NCBI GenBank assembly: GCA_012295275.1
Contig: CM022668.1
Location: forward strand, 12,028,001 to 12,092,000
Source of the DNA: Chrysomallon squamiferum
Taxonomy: Eukaryota; Animalia; Mollusca
Direction of reading: 5' to 3'
Length of the DNA stretch: 64,000 nt
Shown here: positions 30,961-44,188 of the stretch, one piece after another
How positions within the stretch are numbered: position 1 is the first letter of the stretch
How the letters are laid out: each line of letters starts with the position of its first letter
Notes under the pieces: model-generated
The model's database searches: none
Seen by the model: only the letters and a program-made list of their open reading frames with translations
Told to the model about the DNA's origin: nothing
Translations under genes and position numbers: made by a program

Positions 30961-31121
30961 CTTGGTTAGACGATTTCGCTCTGTTTGGCTCGGTCTCGCA
31001 GTTAAGTGAAGACGAACAAGTATGACGTCATAACCGGAGTGCAATCTATACACAACAAAATAAAATCAGCTAGGCTACTAGACAAAATAAATAAAATAAA
31101 ATAAAATAAAATAAAATAAGA

Positions 31122-31152
<31 letters not shown>

Positions 31153-31845
31153 AATGAAGTTGAATCATCCGTAATTTATTTTAATATTGCATTCCTACTG
31201 TAACCTATTTCAAATCACGTGGGTAAATTCGCGGCTATTTATAGCATGGCTTCCATAAAATGGCGTATCTTTTAATTTCTTTCCTTTTTTTTTTTTTAAA
31301 TTTTTTTATAGTACTTTATTTTCATTGGTCGTTTTAACAATAACATTTATTTAGTATTAATGCAGTGTTTTGACGTAAATATTAATTTAATGTTAAGACA
31401 AGATCTTCTTTGCGATCCGCGTGCGGAAAAAAAATTGACGTTGAGGATCCTTTACGAATGATTGTAAACCATACAATGAACACGTGCACAGAAAGCACCT
31501 CTTGTGACGTAAGAAAGAAGAATCAAGCGTCACATACTATTATCCATGTGCGCACCGTTTTGTTCCGTTTTCAATTCGTTGTCGATAAATTAGAGTTTTA
31601 CGCTTTCCGCTGTTTCACATTTTCCGCTAGAATGGAAAATGCTGTATGTAGTCATCTTTTTTTGCATACGGAGATGAACTTTTTATAATTATAAAGACGT
31701 TCTTTTCATTTGTTTCTTTCTATCTTTTTTATATAAATAAATTTATATTCCTGTAGCTTTATATATATATATTTAAATTTATTTTTATATTATTTACACA
31801 CTGTTTTATTTTTTATTTTTAATTATATCCGTTTTTGATGTGCAA

Positions 31846-32008
31846 TACTGTTTATGGGTTGGTGCACACAAACGATTCCTTTACTGCTAATCGGACACAG
31901 TAACCCGTTAACTGACTGCAGTTGATGTCCTATCTCGCTCTCCACGTGGACCTTAATCATATTATGTCCGACAATATTTATCTTTAATAAAATATGTCGA
32001 GTGAGTAT
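31846..32008 (+). mobile_element. Decayed SINE-like fragment; a shorter relative lies at about 30443-30500
   Basis: The two loci share atggg(a/t)tggt(a/g)c..aaa..cc(t)ttactgctaa. From memory this resembles the core of an abundant gastropod SINE; I did not verify this against a database. Confidence 0.45.
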
Positions 32009-33305
32009 TATTATTATTATTTTTTTTTTTTGTAATATGATTTTTCGCTCTAACAACCCCGTATACAAAATGATTGCGGTCAATTTTTTTTTTCTTATCT
32101 AAAATCACGTGTTCCACCCAAAAACTCACCCTAATCCATTTTTTCGGTCTAGTAAACATATAAATATTTAAGGGACACAAACTCAGGGGCAGATCTTGTT
32201 CTGTGCAAGTGCGTATGAGGATCTGAATCAGCAAAATTCTTTTAAATATTTATCGTATTATATTACATTAATAACTGACTTTTTTTTCTTCTGTCTTATT
32301 TTTTTTTTTTTTCTCTCTCTTCTTCTTTTTTTTTTTTTTTTTCACGTGCTTCGTGATATATGATATGTGGTATAATATATGATGTAATATTTGATGGTAC
32401 ATTGTTATTCATCAAAAAGTTAAAGTGTACTGAACTTGACTCTAGTCAGATATATCGATGTTACTGTTTGAAATTAACATAATAAGTAGTATCGACTTCA
32501 TCATCATCACCATCGTCTTCTTCTTCTTCCACGAATATTATCATTAACAGACGTCATCGTCAGCATTATCATATTTTGTTCTTCTTCTTAGTAACATCAT
32601 CGTCATTATTATACAACATCTTCATTATCATCATCATCAGTATTAATATATTCTTTTTCATTATGTTAATAATAATAATCTGCATAACAACAAGAGCCAA
32701 CAACAACAACATCAACGGCATAAAAACAACAGCAGTAACAGTTACAACACTAAAAATAATAACAACAATAACAACAGAAATGCCAACAATAACTACAGTA
32801 GCAACGACAACCACAATAATAACAACAACAACAACAATCATATTACTGCTACTACAATAAATACTAATAATAACAACAACAATAAAAATAATCAAAACAA
32901 CATTAAATAAAAAAATAAATAAAACAAATAAATAAATAAATAAATATAACAACAACAAATAAATAAATAAATAAAAAATAAATAAATAAATTAAAAAAAA
33001 CCTGTATAAATAAATAAATAAATAATCTTCTTCTTCGCTTCATCGTCTTCACCTTCATCGTCGTCTTTATTTTGCTCAACGATGTTGCTCATTCATCATA
33101 CACAACATCACTACACGGGTCATAATTTTCTGATCTGCCGTCACTGTCTAAAGTGCAAAAAAGCAAACTCGGATTTCTTATCAGTTTTTTTTTTACGTCA
33201 GTGACTTTCAACAAACAAGCATTGTATCCATTTTCTGTATGGCTTCGTTACATTGTTGTTTTGTCAGTGTGTCTGTGTGTGACAAAGGGAGAGAGATAGA
33301 TGGTG

Positions 33306-33336
<31 letters not shown>

Positions 33337-33974
33337 GAGACGTCTACAATTACACATGTATTACGATTATCGCATCAAAACCTACAGCTACATCAACTAC
33401 ACTACGACAGCATTGCTGTTACTACTATATCTACCTCTATTACCACTACCGCCACCATCACTACCATAACTGCTTCAACTACAACCACTACTCCTGCCAC
33501 TACTACTACTACTACTACTACTACCATTGATATTGCTACCACCACTATCAATACTACAACAACTACTACTACTGCTGCTGGTTCTGCAACTACAACAATT
33601 TCTATTATAAACTACAGCCACTACCACGACTGTCGTTACTACATCTCTGATACTTTCATCATTCTGCAACAACGACAGCATTTTTTTATTTCCATTACAA
33701 CTACTATTACTGCATCAATTACAATTTATTTTATGACTACGCTGATATACTTACCGTTACTACTACGATTACGATTGTTACTACTACGACTACGCCTGCT
33801 GCACTATAGTGTAATTTAAATATTTGACAACCACAACAGCATTTTATTATTTCTACTACAATTAACATTACTGCAAATACAATAACCATAAAATATCTAT
33901 CTCTCTATCTATCTATCTATCTATATATTGTTATCTATATCTATATCTGTATATATCTATTTAAATCATCTATC

Positions 33975-34095
<121 letters not shown>

Positions 34096-34700
34096 TATTA
34101 TTTACAGCTCCTAATATTATCTGTGTCGTTTCACGGTTAACTTTTTGTTTAATTTTTTTTTTTTTTTTTCTTGTTTCAAAAAAGGGCGGGAACCGTTTAA
34201 CAGTCATATCGTAATTTGTAGTTATTTTATTTTCAAAGCTCTGATTTCATGTCTTATACTTTCTTAAAAAAATTAAAAATAAAAAAAAAAAAAAAATAAA
34301 GAAAAACTCGATAAGCCAGTTTTTTTTTTTTTTTTTTTCCCTTTTTTGGTCTTCTGTTCTTTTTTTTCTTACTCATTTATCTGGAATCTCTGAAATTTAT
34401 TTTCGTCGTAATTTAAACTGTATGTACGCGTTTTGTACAATCTTTTAAATTTAATTCTAATATTTTTATCATTATTCTTGTTTTATTTTTTACATTTTAC
34501 TGGTTTTATTTTATTTAATTTTAAATTTTATTTGTTTTGCTTCTTTCTACATAATATTTGCATATAACTATATTTGGTATTATATACATATATATATATA
34601 TATATATATTTATTTTTTTTTTTTTTCTAGGCTAGCGGATGTCCCGTTATACGTTATATTTAGTTCTTACTCCTTTTTTTTTAATTATTATTATTTTTTT

Positions 34701-34971
34701 TTTAGATGACAAAAAAAAAATGGAGATAAAATATTCCTGAGTTTTATTGAGGGTATAAAACTCGAAAATAGCTCTTGATGCTATTTTTAGTAACAAGTCC
34801 ACTCATTAAATATGTATGAGTGTACGAAAAGTAACTTTGAGAAGAGCAGATAACTCTTACCCGTACTGTCAAGAGTTGTCAACTTAATCGTTTAATAATT
34901 GTGACAGTTTTAGGGCCTCCCTAAACAACTGACATTATGCAAGAAACAAGTTGGCTATTTACAGTGTTCTA

Positions 34972-35062
<91 letters not shown>
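34701..35062 (+). mobile_element. Interspersed repeat, left copy (~270 bp core plus (TA)n(GA)n tail)
   Basis: Matches the reverse complement of 44668-45032 over long identical blocks, for example gtaactttgagaagagcagataactcttacccgtactgtcaaga and ctaaacaactgacattatgcaagaaacaagtt. Confidence 0.85.
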
Positions 35063-35064
<2 letters not shown>

Positions 35065-35167
35065 TTTGTGTGTATACGTAGAAATGTATATTATATGTGT
35101 GTGTGTGTGTGTTTTTATATGTGTATTTACGAATGAATCTTTTAAAACATTTTCTTTAAATTTGTAT

Positions 35168-35263
<96 letters not shown>

Positions 35264-35342
35264 TACTTTTTATTTTATTTATCAAATAATTTATTTATTT
35301 ATTTAATAAGTTATTTATTTATTTATTTATTTGTTAAGTAAT

Positions 35343-35381
<39 letters not shown>

Positions 35382-36429
35382 TTAAAAGGCTGTATCAGTA
35401 CTTGACCTATTTGTTCGGAGTACGTACGAGTAGGTGTCACACATACAAGAACCATACACATGAGTCTGTGTGTTCTCTAATATGTTCCATCTCATTAACC
35501 TACATACACACATCTACCCGTACAGACACACACTGGTACGTACCAACACACGCAAATACTGTCACAATCACACACACGTGTTGATGCAAAAATACTTTAA
35601 AACATGCACACGTACACACATACATACATACATAAATACATACATACATACATATATACATACATACACGCATACATACATACATATATACATACATACA
35701 TACATACATACATAATATATATATTTATATATATACACACACACATACAAAGATACATACATACATATACACATATATATACATACATGCATACATATAT
35801 ACATACATACATACATACATACATACATACATCCATTCATCCACACATACATATATACATAGATATATACATATATCCTTAAACACATACTTTGCACACA
35901 CATACACACGCACATATACGTACGTACGAACATACGCAAACATACATAAATATTATATTGAAATACATACATACGCACATGCGATTTTTTTCGCATAATA
36001 CATGCATATTCAGTCACATATACTATGTTTTTCAACATTAATTGCATTAAAATTATATGCAATGTAATATATTTGTAGGTAATTACCTTCAGAGCGGTAT
36101 TTTATACAAGAAAAATACTTAACTGACATTTTGCATAATAAAATAGTTTTGTTAATAGAGGGTAAGAAAATACAAAGAGAAAGTGAATTACATTTTATGT
36201 GCATTAATAATTTTGTACTATAGTCCAAAATAAATCATTCATTCGAAGATGAATAAAACGAAGTAAAAATAGGTCACGCTAACCATATAAACACATCCCT
36301 GGTTCCACTGGGCAGTAATTGAAAATATTTAGCATACTGGTTCAGACAAGATTTACAAAGAAAGAAGCAAAAATTGATAGATACTTAATTGAAAAGAATT
36401 TGACTAAAGAAGTAACGATGGAGTGCTCT

Positions 36430-36520
36430 GATATTCGAGATGCAATTTACAACGTGAAAAACGGAAGTTAGAAAGACATGAGCATTTCCTGCTTTTAATG
36501 GTTACTCATTAAAACGTAAA
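36430..36520 (+). promoter_or_regulatory. Putative B4GALT promoter and non-coding first exon
   Basis: ETS-like aaCGGAAGtt at about 36460, a possible donor aaac|gtaaat at about 36515, and an acceptor tttcag at 36899 ahead of the ATG exon. Confidence 0.35.
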
Positions 36521-36964
36521 TAAATATATAATATTAATATATATTTTGAATAATTTTTATAGCTAAATACGAGACATTTTATGTGTGTTGTTGTAGCATC
36601 GATTTGATTAGTAGTTCTGTGTGTATTCTTTTGGATTTATATAATTGAAACTTAAGTTTGTATGAATGTAGATTGTGTTTCCGTGGTAGATTTTCAAAAC
36701 CCGAAAACGTTTTCCTAGTTACAGGAAACAATACAGTACATACTTAACTCTGTTAACAGTAAAAAATTTTTTTTTTTTGCCTATATATATATGTTTTTAC
36801 TCTTTTAAAATTTAGTTTTAAGTAATTTAGGATAAAATCACAGCATCAGTTGATTAAATGAAATTATATGTTATCAATATTTTCCCATTTTCGTTTCAGA
36901 TTTTTCAAAGATTTATTTTATTTCACGATGAGATGATACTGAGACTGATTTGATAATTATTACA

Positions 36965-37446
36965 ATGGCTATAAAGAAAGGTCGAGCACGACGTTACGTC
37001 ATCTACTTCTTATCATTTATTTATTTCTCTCTGTGGGGATTTGCGTTGTTCAATTACCGGAGCCATTGCGTTTTTACGATGCCAAACACGTTGATGGAAT
37101 TGCCACAAGTTGACAATTCAAATGCTGGCAAATGTCAGGTTAACTGGGACAGTTTAGGTAAGTTGTTAAAATATATATTTTATGAATAGCCAATTTTTTA
37201 ACTTGCACACTAATAATTTACTGAATAGTTTTAAATAAAAAACTTTTGAATTACAATAACTTGGTAATTTGTTGTTGTTTTTTTGTTTGTTTGTTTGTTT
37301 GATTTTAGAAAATAGTTTTATATTTGAATACAAATTTAATATCATTTGTATTGAACTTTTAAATATTTAATCCTTCAATTTTTATTTTCTTGAACTTTTA
37401 AATCATTTAATCTCTTCAATTTTTCTCTCTCTCTCTTCTTTCTCTC

Positions 37447-37500
<54 letters not shown>

Positions 37501-40500
37501 TTATCTCTCTATCACATTTATCCTTTATGCTGTGTTTATACAGGAATTTATAATCTGAAGATATATTCAGTAATGCTCTGTGTTTTTATTTTACAGTTCA
37601 TGTCCATGTTGATATATTCAAGGAACCAACTTTCAAAGAAATAGCTATGCAGAATACACATGTACTGAAAGGGGGGAGGTGGAAACCAGAGAAATGTCTT
37701 TCTTGGCAGAAGGTTGCCATAGTGATACCTTACAGAGACAGATTACATCATCTAAAGATTCTTCTGAGTCGAATTCATCACATGTTGTATAAACAGATGA
37801 TAGAATATAGAGTGTTTGTAGTTGAACAAGTAAGTTTTTTATAGACAAGTGTGTTTTTAAAATTTTGTATATTCAAGCATGTACATTTTTTGTTTTAATA
37901 GTCAAACAAGTTAGTTGTTTATTTTTACAGTCAAAGAAGTGACTTTTTTTTAGTCCTATGACTCTGTAAGTGAATTTTTTTTGTTGTCAAACAAGTGACT
38001 TTTTTGTTTTAATGGTCAAACAAGTGATATATTTTATTTTTGTAGTTAAACAAGTGAATTTTAATTTTTTAGTCTACTAATGAATTTAAATTTTTATAGA
38101 CAAACAATTGAGTTTTTACAGTCAAATACAATTTTTTTTATAGTAAAACAAGTAAGTTTTTAAAAAAATGTATAATCAGTTAAATGTGTTTTTTGATTTT
38201 GTGAATTTGTTATTTTTATACTGAATCAAGTGAAATTTTTTTTTTTTTTTATAAACAGTTTATTATAAATATTTGTATTTTAAAATTTGATGTTGTAAGA
38301 TAATAACTACTTAAAACATAGTCACAAAATTAATTTAAAAAACAAAAAAGTAAAAAACAAAATAAATAATGATAAACAATAACAATAATAATAAATAAAT
38401 GAATAATCTTCACAATCTCTTACTGCGTATTTAGAATTTTAACCAATCATTCAGATTTTTATATCTTTAAAATTTTTTATCCTCTTTCATTTTTAGGCTG
38501 CAGACACAAAGTTTAACAGAGGCAAACTGATGAACGTTGGTTTCCTGGAGGCTCTGAAGTTTGACAAATTCGACTGTTTTGTTCTCCACGATGTAGATTT
38601 GATCCCAGAACATTACAAAAACTACTACATGTGTGATCAGCATGCCAGGCATCTCTCTTCGGCTATTGATGAAATGAGATACCAGTGAGTAAAAGATATC
38701 CATGATATCTTATAATTTATATCACTGGATATTAAGATATAGCCACAATATTGATTATATTAGTTTTATTGATAATAATGATATCTGTTAATGTTATACA
38801 GGTATTTAATATCCATATCATTGGATTAGATATCCACAGTATTAGATAATAATCAAAAATAATATCTGTTTTTGTGGTATTAGATATCCATGATAACTGT
38901 TATAATCTATATCATTGGATATTAGATATTCAAAATATCTGTTATATATTAATTTTAGATAACAATAACAGTAATATCTGTTGTACTGGTATTGGTTATC
39001 CATAGTATCTATTATATCACTGAGTATGACATATCTATAATTCTGTGGTATTTTATATCAGTATTAGATATAAGTGGTGTCTGTTACATTATTGAGTATA
39101 TCATATCTATGGTATCAATGAATTTATAGTATTGTCATAGTGATTATAAGATATTCATTATACAAGTTAAATATGTCTTAGATGTAAATATATTTAATAT
39201 CCATGATGACAAAGAATTGAAGTTATTTATAATCACATTATCAGTTAAAGATTTTTCCATGACAGTTGATATGATTAAGTATAAAATATTCAAGATATTG
39301 GTATATGTTTAAGCATTGTTTACATATGTGAGTTTATTATATCTATTATGAGTTAAGATGTCTGATTAAATGGAGTTTATAATGTCAAATATATTTTATA
39401 TATTCATAATATAAATAAATTTAAAATAGCTTTAATAACACTGAGTTAAAGAGTACATATCTGTCAGTTTAAAATATTCATATTTGAGTTTGTGATACTG
39501 GTTATTTATAATATCCATAACTGAGTTTGTAATATCAGTTATTTAATATATCCACCCATGAATCTGTGATATCAGTTATTAAATATCTCCATATTTGAAT
39601 TTGTCATGTAAGTTATTCCAGATAACCGTATTTGCATTTGTGTTATCAGTTACTTAAGACATCCATATTTGTGACCCATCACATTGAACCAAGTCTTAAG
39701 TCTCATTTTGGATGAACATTTCTAGGTTATAGACTGAATTAGCCTCATTTTGATACCTCATCCATCCCTGTATCACTTTCAGTTCTAAAGATATGGTCAG
39801 CAATGTCTGGACAAACTGGATGGCTTCTGATTTTAAAGCAAATAATAATATTCACAAATATGTTCTAAAACACACCTATGGTTTGATTAACAATTATTTA
39901 ACATACCCTTGAGTTTGTGGTGAGTTTGTGGTATTGGTCATTTAAGATATCCTTGTTGATGATGAGTTTGTGATATCAGTTATTTAAGATATTCTTGCTG
40001 ATGGTGAGTTTGTGATATCAGTTATTTAAGATATTCTTGCTGATGGTGAGTTTATCAGTTATTTAAGATATTCTTGCTGATGTTGAGTTTGTGATATCAG
40101 TATTTAAGATATCCTGTGATATATTCATGATACAAGTGAGTTTAATGTATCTAAGATGAAAATTTGTTTAAGACATATTTTAATTTTAATGAGTTTATTA
40201 ACTGGAACTAAACGTAATTTTCAGTGTCATGTACTACAACTACGCTGGTGGGGTCATCGCCTTGAACCGCGAGAACTTCAAGAAAATCAACGGCTACGCC
40301 AACAGCTACTGGGGCTGGGGAAATGAAGATGATGATTTATCAGCAAGGTGAGTAGAACATTTAAGTTTTAAAAAAAATAATTAATTCCAAAATAAATCAT
40401 AAATCATTTAAATCTGATTTTTATTCCGTTAAATATAAGAAATATTTAAGAATTATGTTTAGCTGTGGTGGTGTTAGCAGTCTAAATATATTTTGAATAC

Positions 40501-41441
40501 TTTTAATTATCTGTTTTGTTGGTTTTTTACTAAAATCCATTCTTTGCTAATAATAAAGGTACTGCTGTATAAAAAGACTTCGTATATGGAGCGTAATATC
40601 CACTGAATGAAAAAAGAAGAAGAAAAATGGCTACTTTCATTAATTTCTCCTCACTAGTTATTTTACTGACATATTTAGCACTAGAAACAACCAGTTTTCA
40701 TAAAGAATTAACTTTGGAAAATGAAAAGTACATTTGACAGAATGTATTTATTTAGAACAAAAAATAAAATAAGAAAAGTATTACTACAAATTTTACTAAT
40801 TTTGTTGATGTTGTTATTACGATTATGATTATTATTATTATTCTTATTTATTTGTTAATATTGCTATTGTTGTTGTTGCTGCTGTTATCGTTATTATTGC
40901 TGTTGTTGTTATTATTATTGCTGTTATTTATTATTGCTCTTGTTGCTGTTGTTGTTGCTGCTGTTAATGTTGTCATTATTATTATGATTATTATTATTAT
41001 TATTGTTATTGTTATTGTTGTTGTTATTTCAGAATCCAGGCAGCAGGTTTGATGTTAACTCGACCACCGGAGCACATCGGCAGATTTAAAATGGTCAGAC
41101 ACGCAAAACAGACACGCTCAGACAACGGGTAAAACATTTCAAAAAACATTTTAAAAAAAATCGCCTAAAGCTAAAAAATAGAACAAAAAAAGTTCACAAA
41201 CCCAAAAAGAAAAAAGAAAAAAAAAATTCACATAGTTTTAGTGGAATAAGTGTATTTGGTTTTGTCTAAATATTTATATAGGTTGTTAGTTTTATTGTTT
41301 CAAAAAAAAAAAAAAAAAAAAATTATTATCTTCAAATGTAGGGTTAAAAGATGGAAAAGGTATTGTTGGGTTGTGAGTTATCTCCCATGGCATGATAGCT
41401 TCATGCTTTTTATTAACAGATTTGTAAAACACACACACACA

Positions 41442-41483
<42 letters not shown>

Positions 41484-42416
41484 ATATACCATAACATACA
41501 AACATACGAAAACACAAACACAATCATTACTACCACTGTAAATGAAACCTTTAACACATACCATCAACCATTTTTAAAACCAACAACTCCAAGCACACAC
41601 ATAATTTCTAGTTCAAACAACAACAACAACACACACACACATTTATCTCTTTAACCTTTGTTCCTCAGCAATGAAAGATTTTTTGGCTGGCATGAAAGAT
41701 GGTTAAGAGATGGCTTGAATGACCCAGTGGGAATGAACTACACAGTTCTGGGAATAAAAGAAAATGATCTGTACACAAACATTTCTGTTCACATTGGGTA
41801 CCCACCTCCCAATCTGAAAGAACTCGACAAAGATGGGCCAAAAGAGACTGTTTGGTGGTACGTTTTTAATTTTTATATTTCCTCGTAGAATTTTTTGTTA
41901 CGTACTCGTTGAATTATTGTTATATTACTGATAACGTAATTGTTATTTACTAATTGGTATAGTGGTTATATATTTTTGTAATTGATTTGCTGTTATAAAC
42001 TATCTACTAAATAATTATTATCTACTCAAAAAAAGTACAGTAATTTTCTTGTCATAGTATTCTTGATATTGTTTTACTGTATAACTATTATCTTCTTATT
42101 GGATGATTATTCATTCTAGTCACATACTTTTTATTCATTCATCAAGTAAATTATCCACTGAATAATTATTATATGCCCATTTATAGTTGTTATCTACTCT
42201 TTGAATAATTTTTATATATTCACATTGTAATTTTTTTCTGTTCAAAATGTAATTATTTTCTGGTCAGAATAATAATGATAATCTACTCATTTTATAACTG
42301 TAATCTAGTCCCTATTTGATTAATATCTAATGACAGTATATCTGTTCTTACTATTTTTGTTATTTATTTTTTTATTATTTTTTTTTTACAGGTTTTTAAA
42401 ATTCTACTATCCATAA
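36965..42416 (+). CDS. B4GALT: GT7-family beta-1,4-galactosyltransferase-like type II Golgi membrane glycosyltransferase; 7 coding exons, about 348 aa
   Basis: Exons: 36965-37157 (MAIKKGRARR plus TM segment), 37597-37829 (GGRWKP..C..KVAIVIPYRDR..HL), 38497-38684 (FNRGKLMNVGF..HDVDLIP; DxD motif), 40225-40347 (YAGGV..NGYANSYWGWGNEDDD), 41033-41128 (FKMVRH), 41669-41857 (DGLN..YTNISV), 42392-42416 (FLKFYYP*). All introns are GT-AG, phases are consistent, and the total is 1047 nt. The last micro-exon is the least certain. Confidence 0.94.
37815..38240 (+). repeat. Degenerate ~28-30 bp tandem array resembling the B4GALT exon 2 donor junction
   Basis: Units such as tttgtagttaaacaagtgaatttt and tttatagtaaaacaagtaagtttt compare with the junction tttgtagttgaacaa|gtaagtttt. 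Confidence 0.85.
38670..40150 (+). repeat. Degenerate tandem arrays in B4GALT intron 3 (about 36-38 bp unit in the regular parts)
   Basis: Unit gagtttgtgatatcagttatttaagatat(c/t)c recurs at about 39485-39670 and 39905-40120. More degenerate tagatatccat units lie at 38690-39200. Confidence 0.8.
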
Positions 42417-42478
42417 CATCAGCTGGAGGGTAAACTTTACAAGTAGAAGAAAGAAGATTTATTAATATTGTTGTTGTT

Positions 42479-42511
<33 letters not shown>

Positions 42512-42645
42512 CTGCTTCTATTATTATTGTTATTGTTATTGATTTTATTGTATTATTTATATTTTTATTATTTTTACTTTTATTTTTGTTTTTATTGCTT
42601 TTATTATTGTTAATAATATTTTTATTATTATTATTATTAATAATA

Positions 42646-42694
<49 letters not shown>

Positions 42695-43291
42695 ATTTTA
42701 ACAATAGGTACTTTGGTTTAAGTATTTCAGAGTCAATACCAGCATAATGGAAAAAGTCATGTATATAGTTTTATAAATATGTATTTAATTTATAAATCCA
42801 AAGATGAATGATGTAATTAATATATATGTTATTGTGATATTACAACAGTTTAAAAAAAAATATATATTATGAAAATTCACACTTGAAGAAAGAAATGGAT
42901 TATGAAGCATTTGTTAGTTCACATTGTGTGAACTGTCATGATACAAACAGTAACTGTTAGTTCACAAAATGTGAATTAATGACATTGTAAACTTCTTTAC
43001 AGATCAGCTAGAAGTATGTGAACTATACCACAGATTTTATATATATATATATATGGTTATATAAATTAATTATTAGTTCACACTGAATTAAAACATGCAG
43101 TATATTAATTTTTAGGACAATAGTTCACAGTGTGAACTAACATACATGCAGTACATTAATTTACAAAATAACTAATAGTTCACACTGAACTACATTACTA
43201 AATCACTGAAAACTACTTTATTACTAAATTCTTTTTACAATAAACAAGAATTTATTTAAATGTTTTGGATATTTTTAAATATATTGTTGCA

Positions 43292-43347
<56 letters not shown>

Positions 43348-43697
43348 GTTATATGTGTTTGTGTGAATTATCTGTATATTTAACAGATTGTCTCGGTTGT
43401 TTTTTTCTTTGTGTTTTTTCTACATTTTTTTTTATAATGAATAATGGATAAATTTTTTGTATATTTGTGTGAATGTATTTTGTGGACAAATGCACGTGCA
43501 TGGTATATGTATGTGTGTATCAAATCATAATAACGTCATTTTTTTTATAAATTCTTGTGTATTGTTCATTTTATACACTCATGTATATTAGCGTATGTCT
43601 GTTTGTACAGGTGTGCAGGCTTCATCTTCTAACAACAAAAATTATCTATTTTTTCTGACTTTACAATGACTGATCATGATATAAAAATTATATTTTT

Positions 43698-43703
43698 AAT
43701 AAA
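43698..43703 (+). terminator. Candidate polyadenylation signal of the B4GALT gene
   Basis: AATAAA followed about 15-40 nt later by a GT/T-rich tract (ctttgttgtttctggttttctttt). Confidence 0.45.
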
Positions 43704-44157
43704 TCAAAGAAGAACCTTTGTTGTTTCTGGTTTTCTTTTTCGTTTCTTTTTTTTAAATTTTTTTAAGAGATCTATAAATTTATAGTGCTTGTTATTTTCT
43801 ATTATTTTTTTTTTGTGGTGATTAAAAAGCCATGAGGGATTCCAGAATCAGTCCTCTTCACACTGCCATTTACAGAGTTTCCCATTCTAACGTTACCTCC
43901 AAAACAAAAAAAAAAAAACAAATTCTCCCTTTTTTGAAGTGATACATATAAAACATCACACGATACAATGAATAAAAAATATATATTATAAAAATATTGA
44001 ACATTTGGTATCATTGTAGTCAATGACAGATTGTGTATTGGTGTCCTTCGAGGTAAAACAAAGCACTGATGTTTTACTCCTTTTTTTTAATTTTATTATT
44101 ATTATTATTATTTTTCTTTGGGATGGTATTTTTTTTTTTTTTTTTTATTTATTATTA

Positions 44158-44188
<31 letters not shown>

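Noticed and set aside
39480-40120. Regularly spaced ~36 bp repeats superficially like a CRISPR array
   Set aside because: They are head-to-tail degenerate units without unique spacers, inside a eukaryotic intron, with no cas genes.
43115-43145. Hairpin with a CAGTG loop resembling an iron-responsive element
   Set aside because: Pairing gives a 5-nt rather than 6-nt CAGUGN loop, and the required bulged C five bases upstream is missing.
34663-44110. Short direct repeat ttactccttttttttaatt at ~34667 and ~44074 as a possible target-site duplication
   Set aside because: It is low complexity, and the second copy lies inside the inverted repeat pair rather than flanking it.
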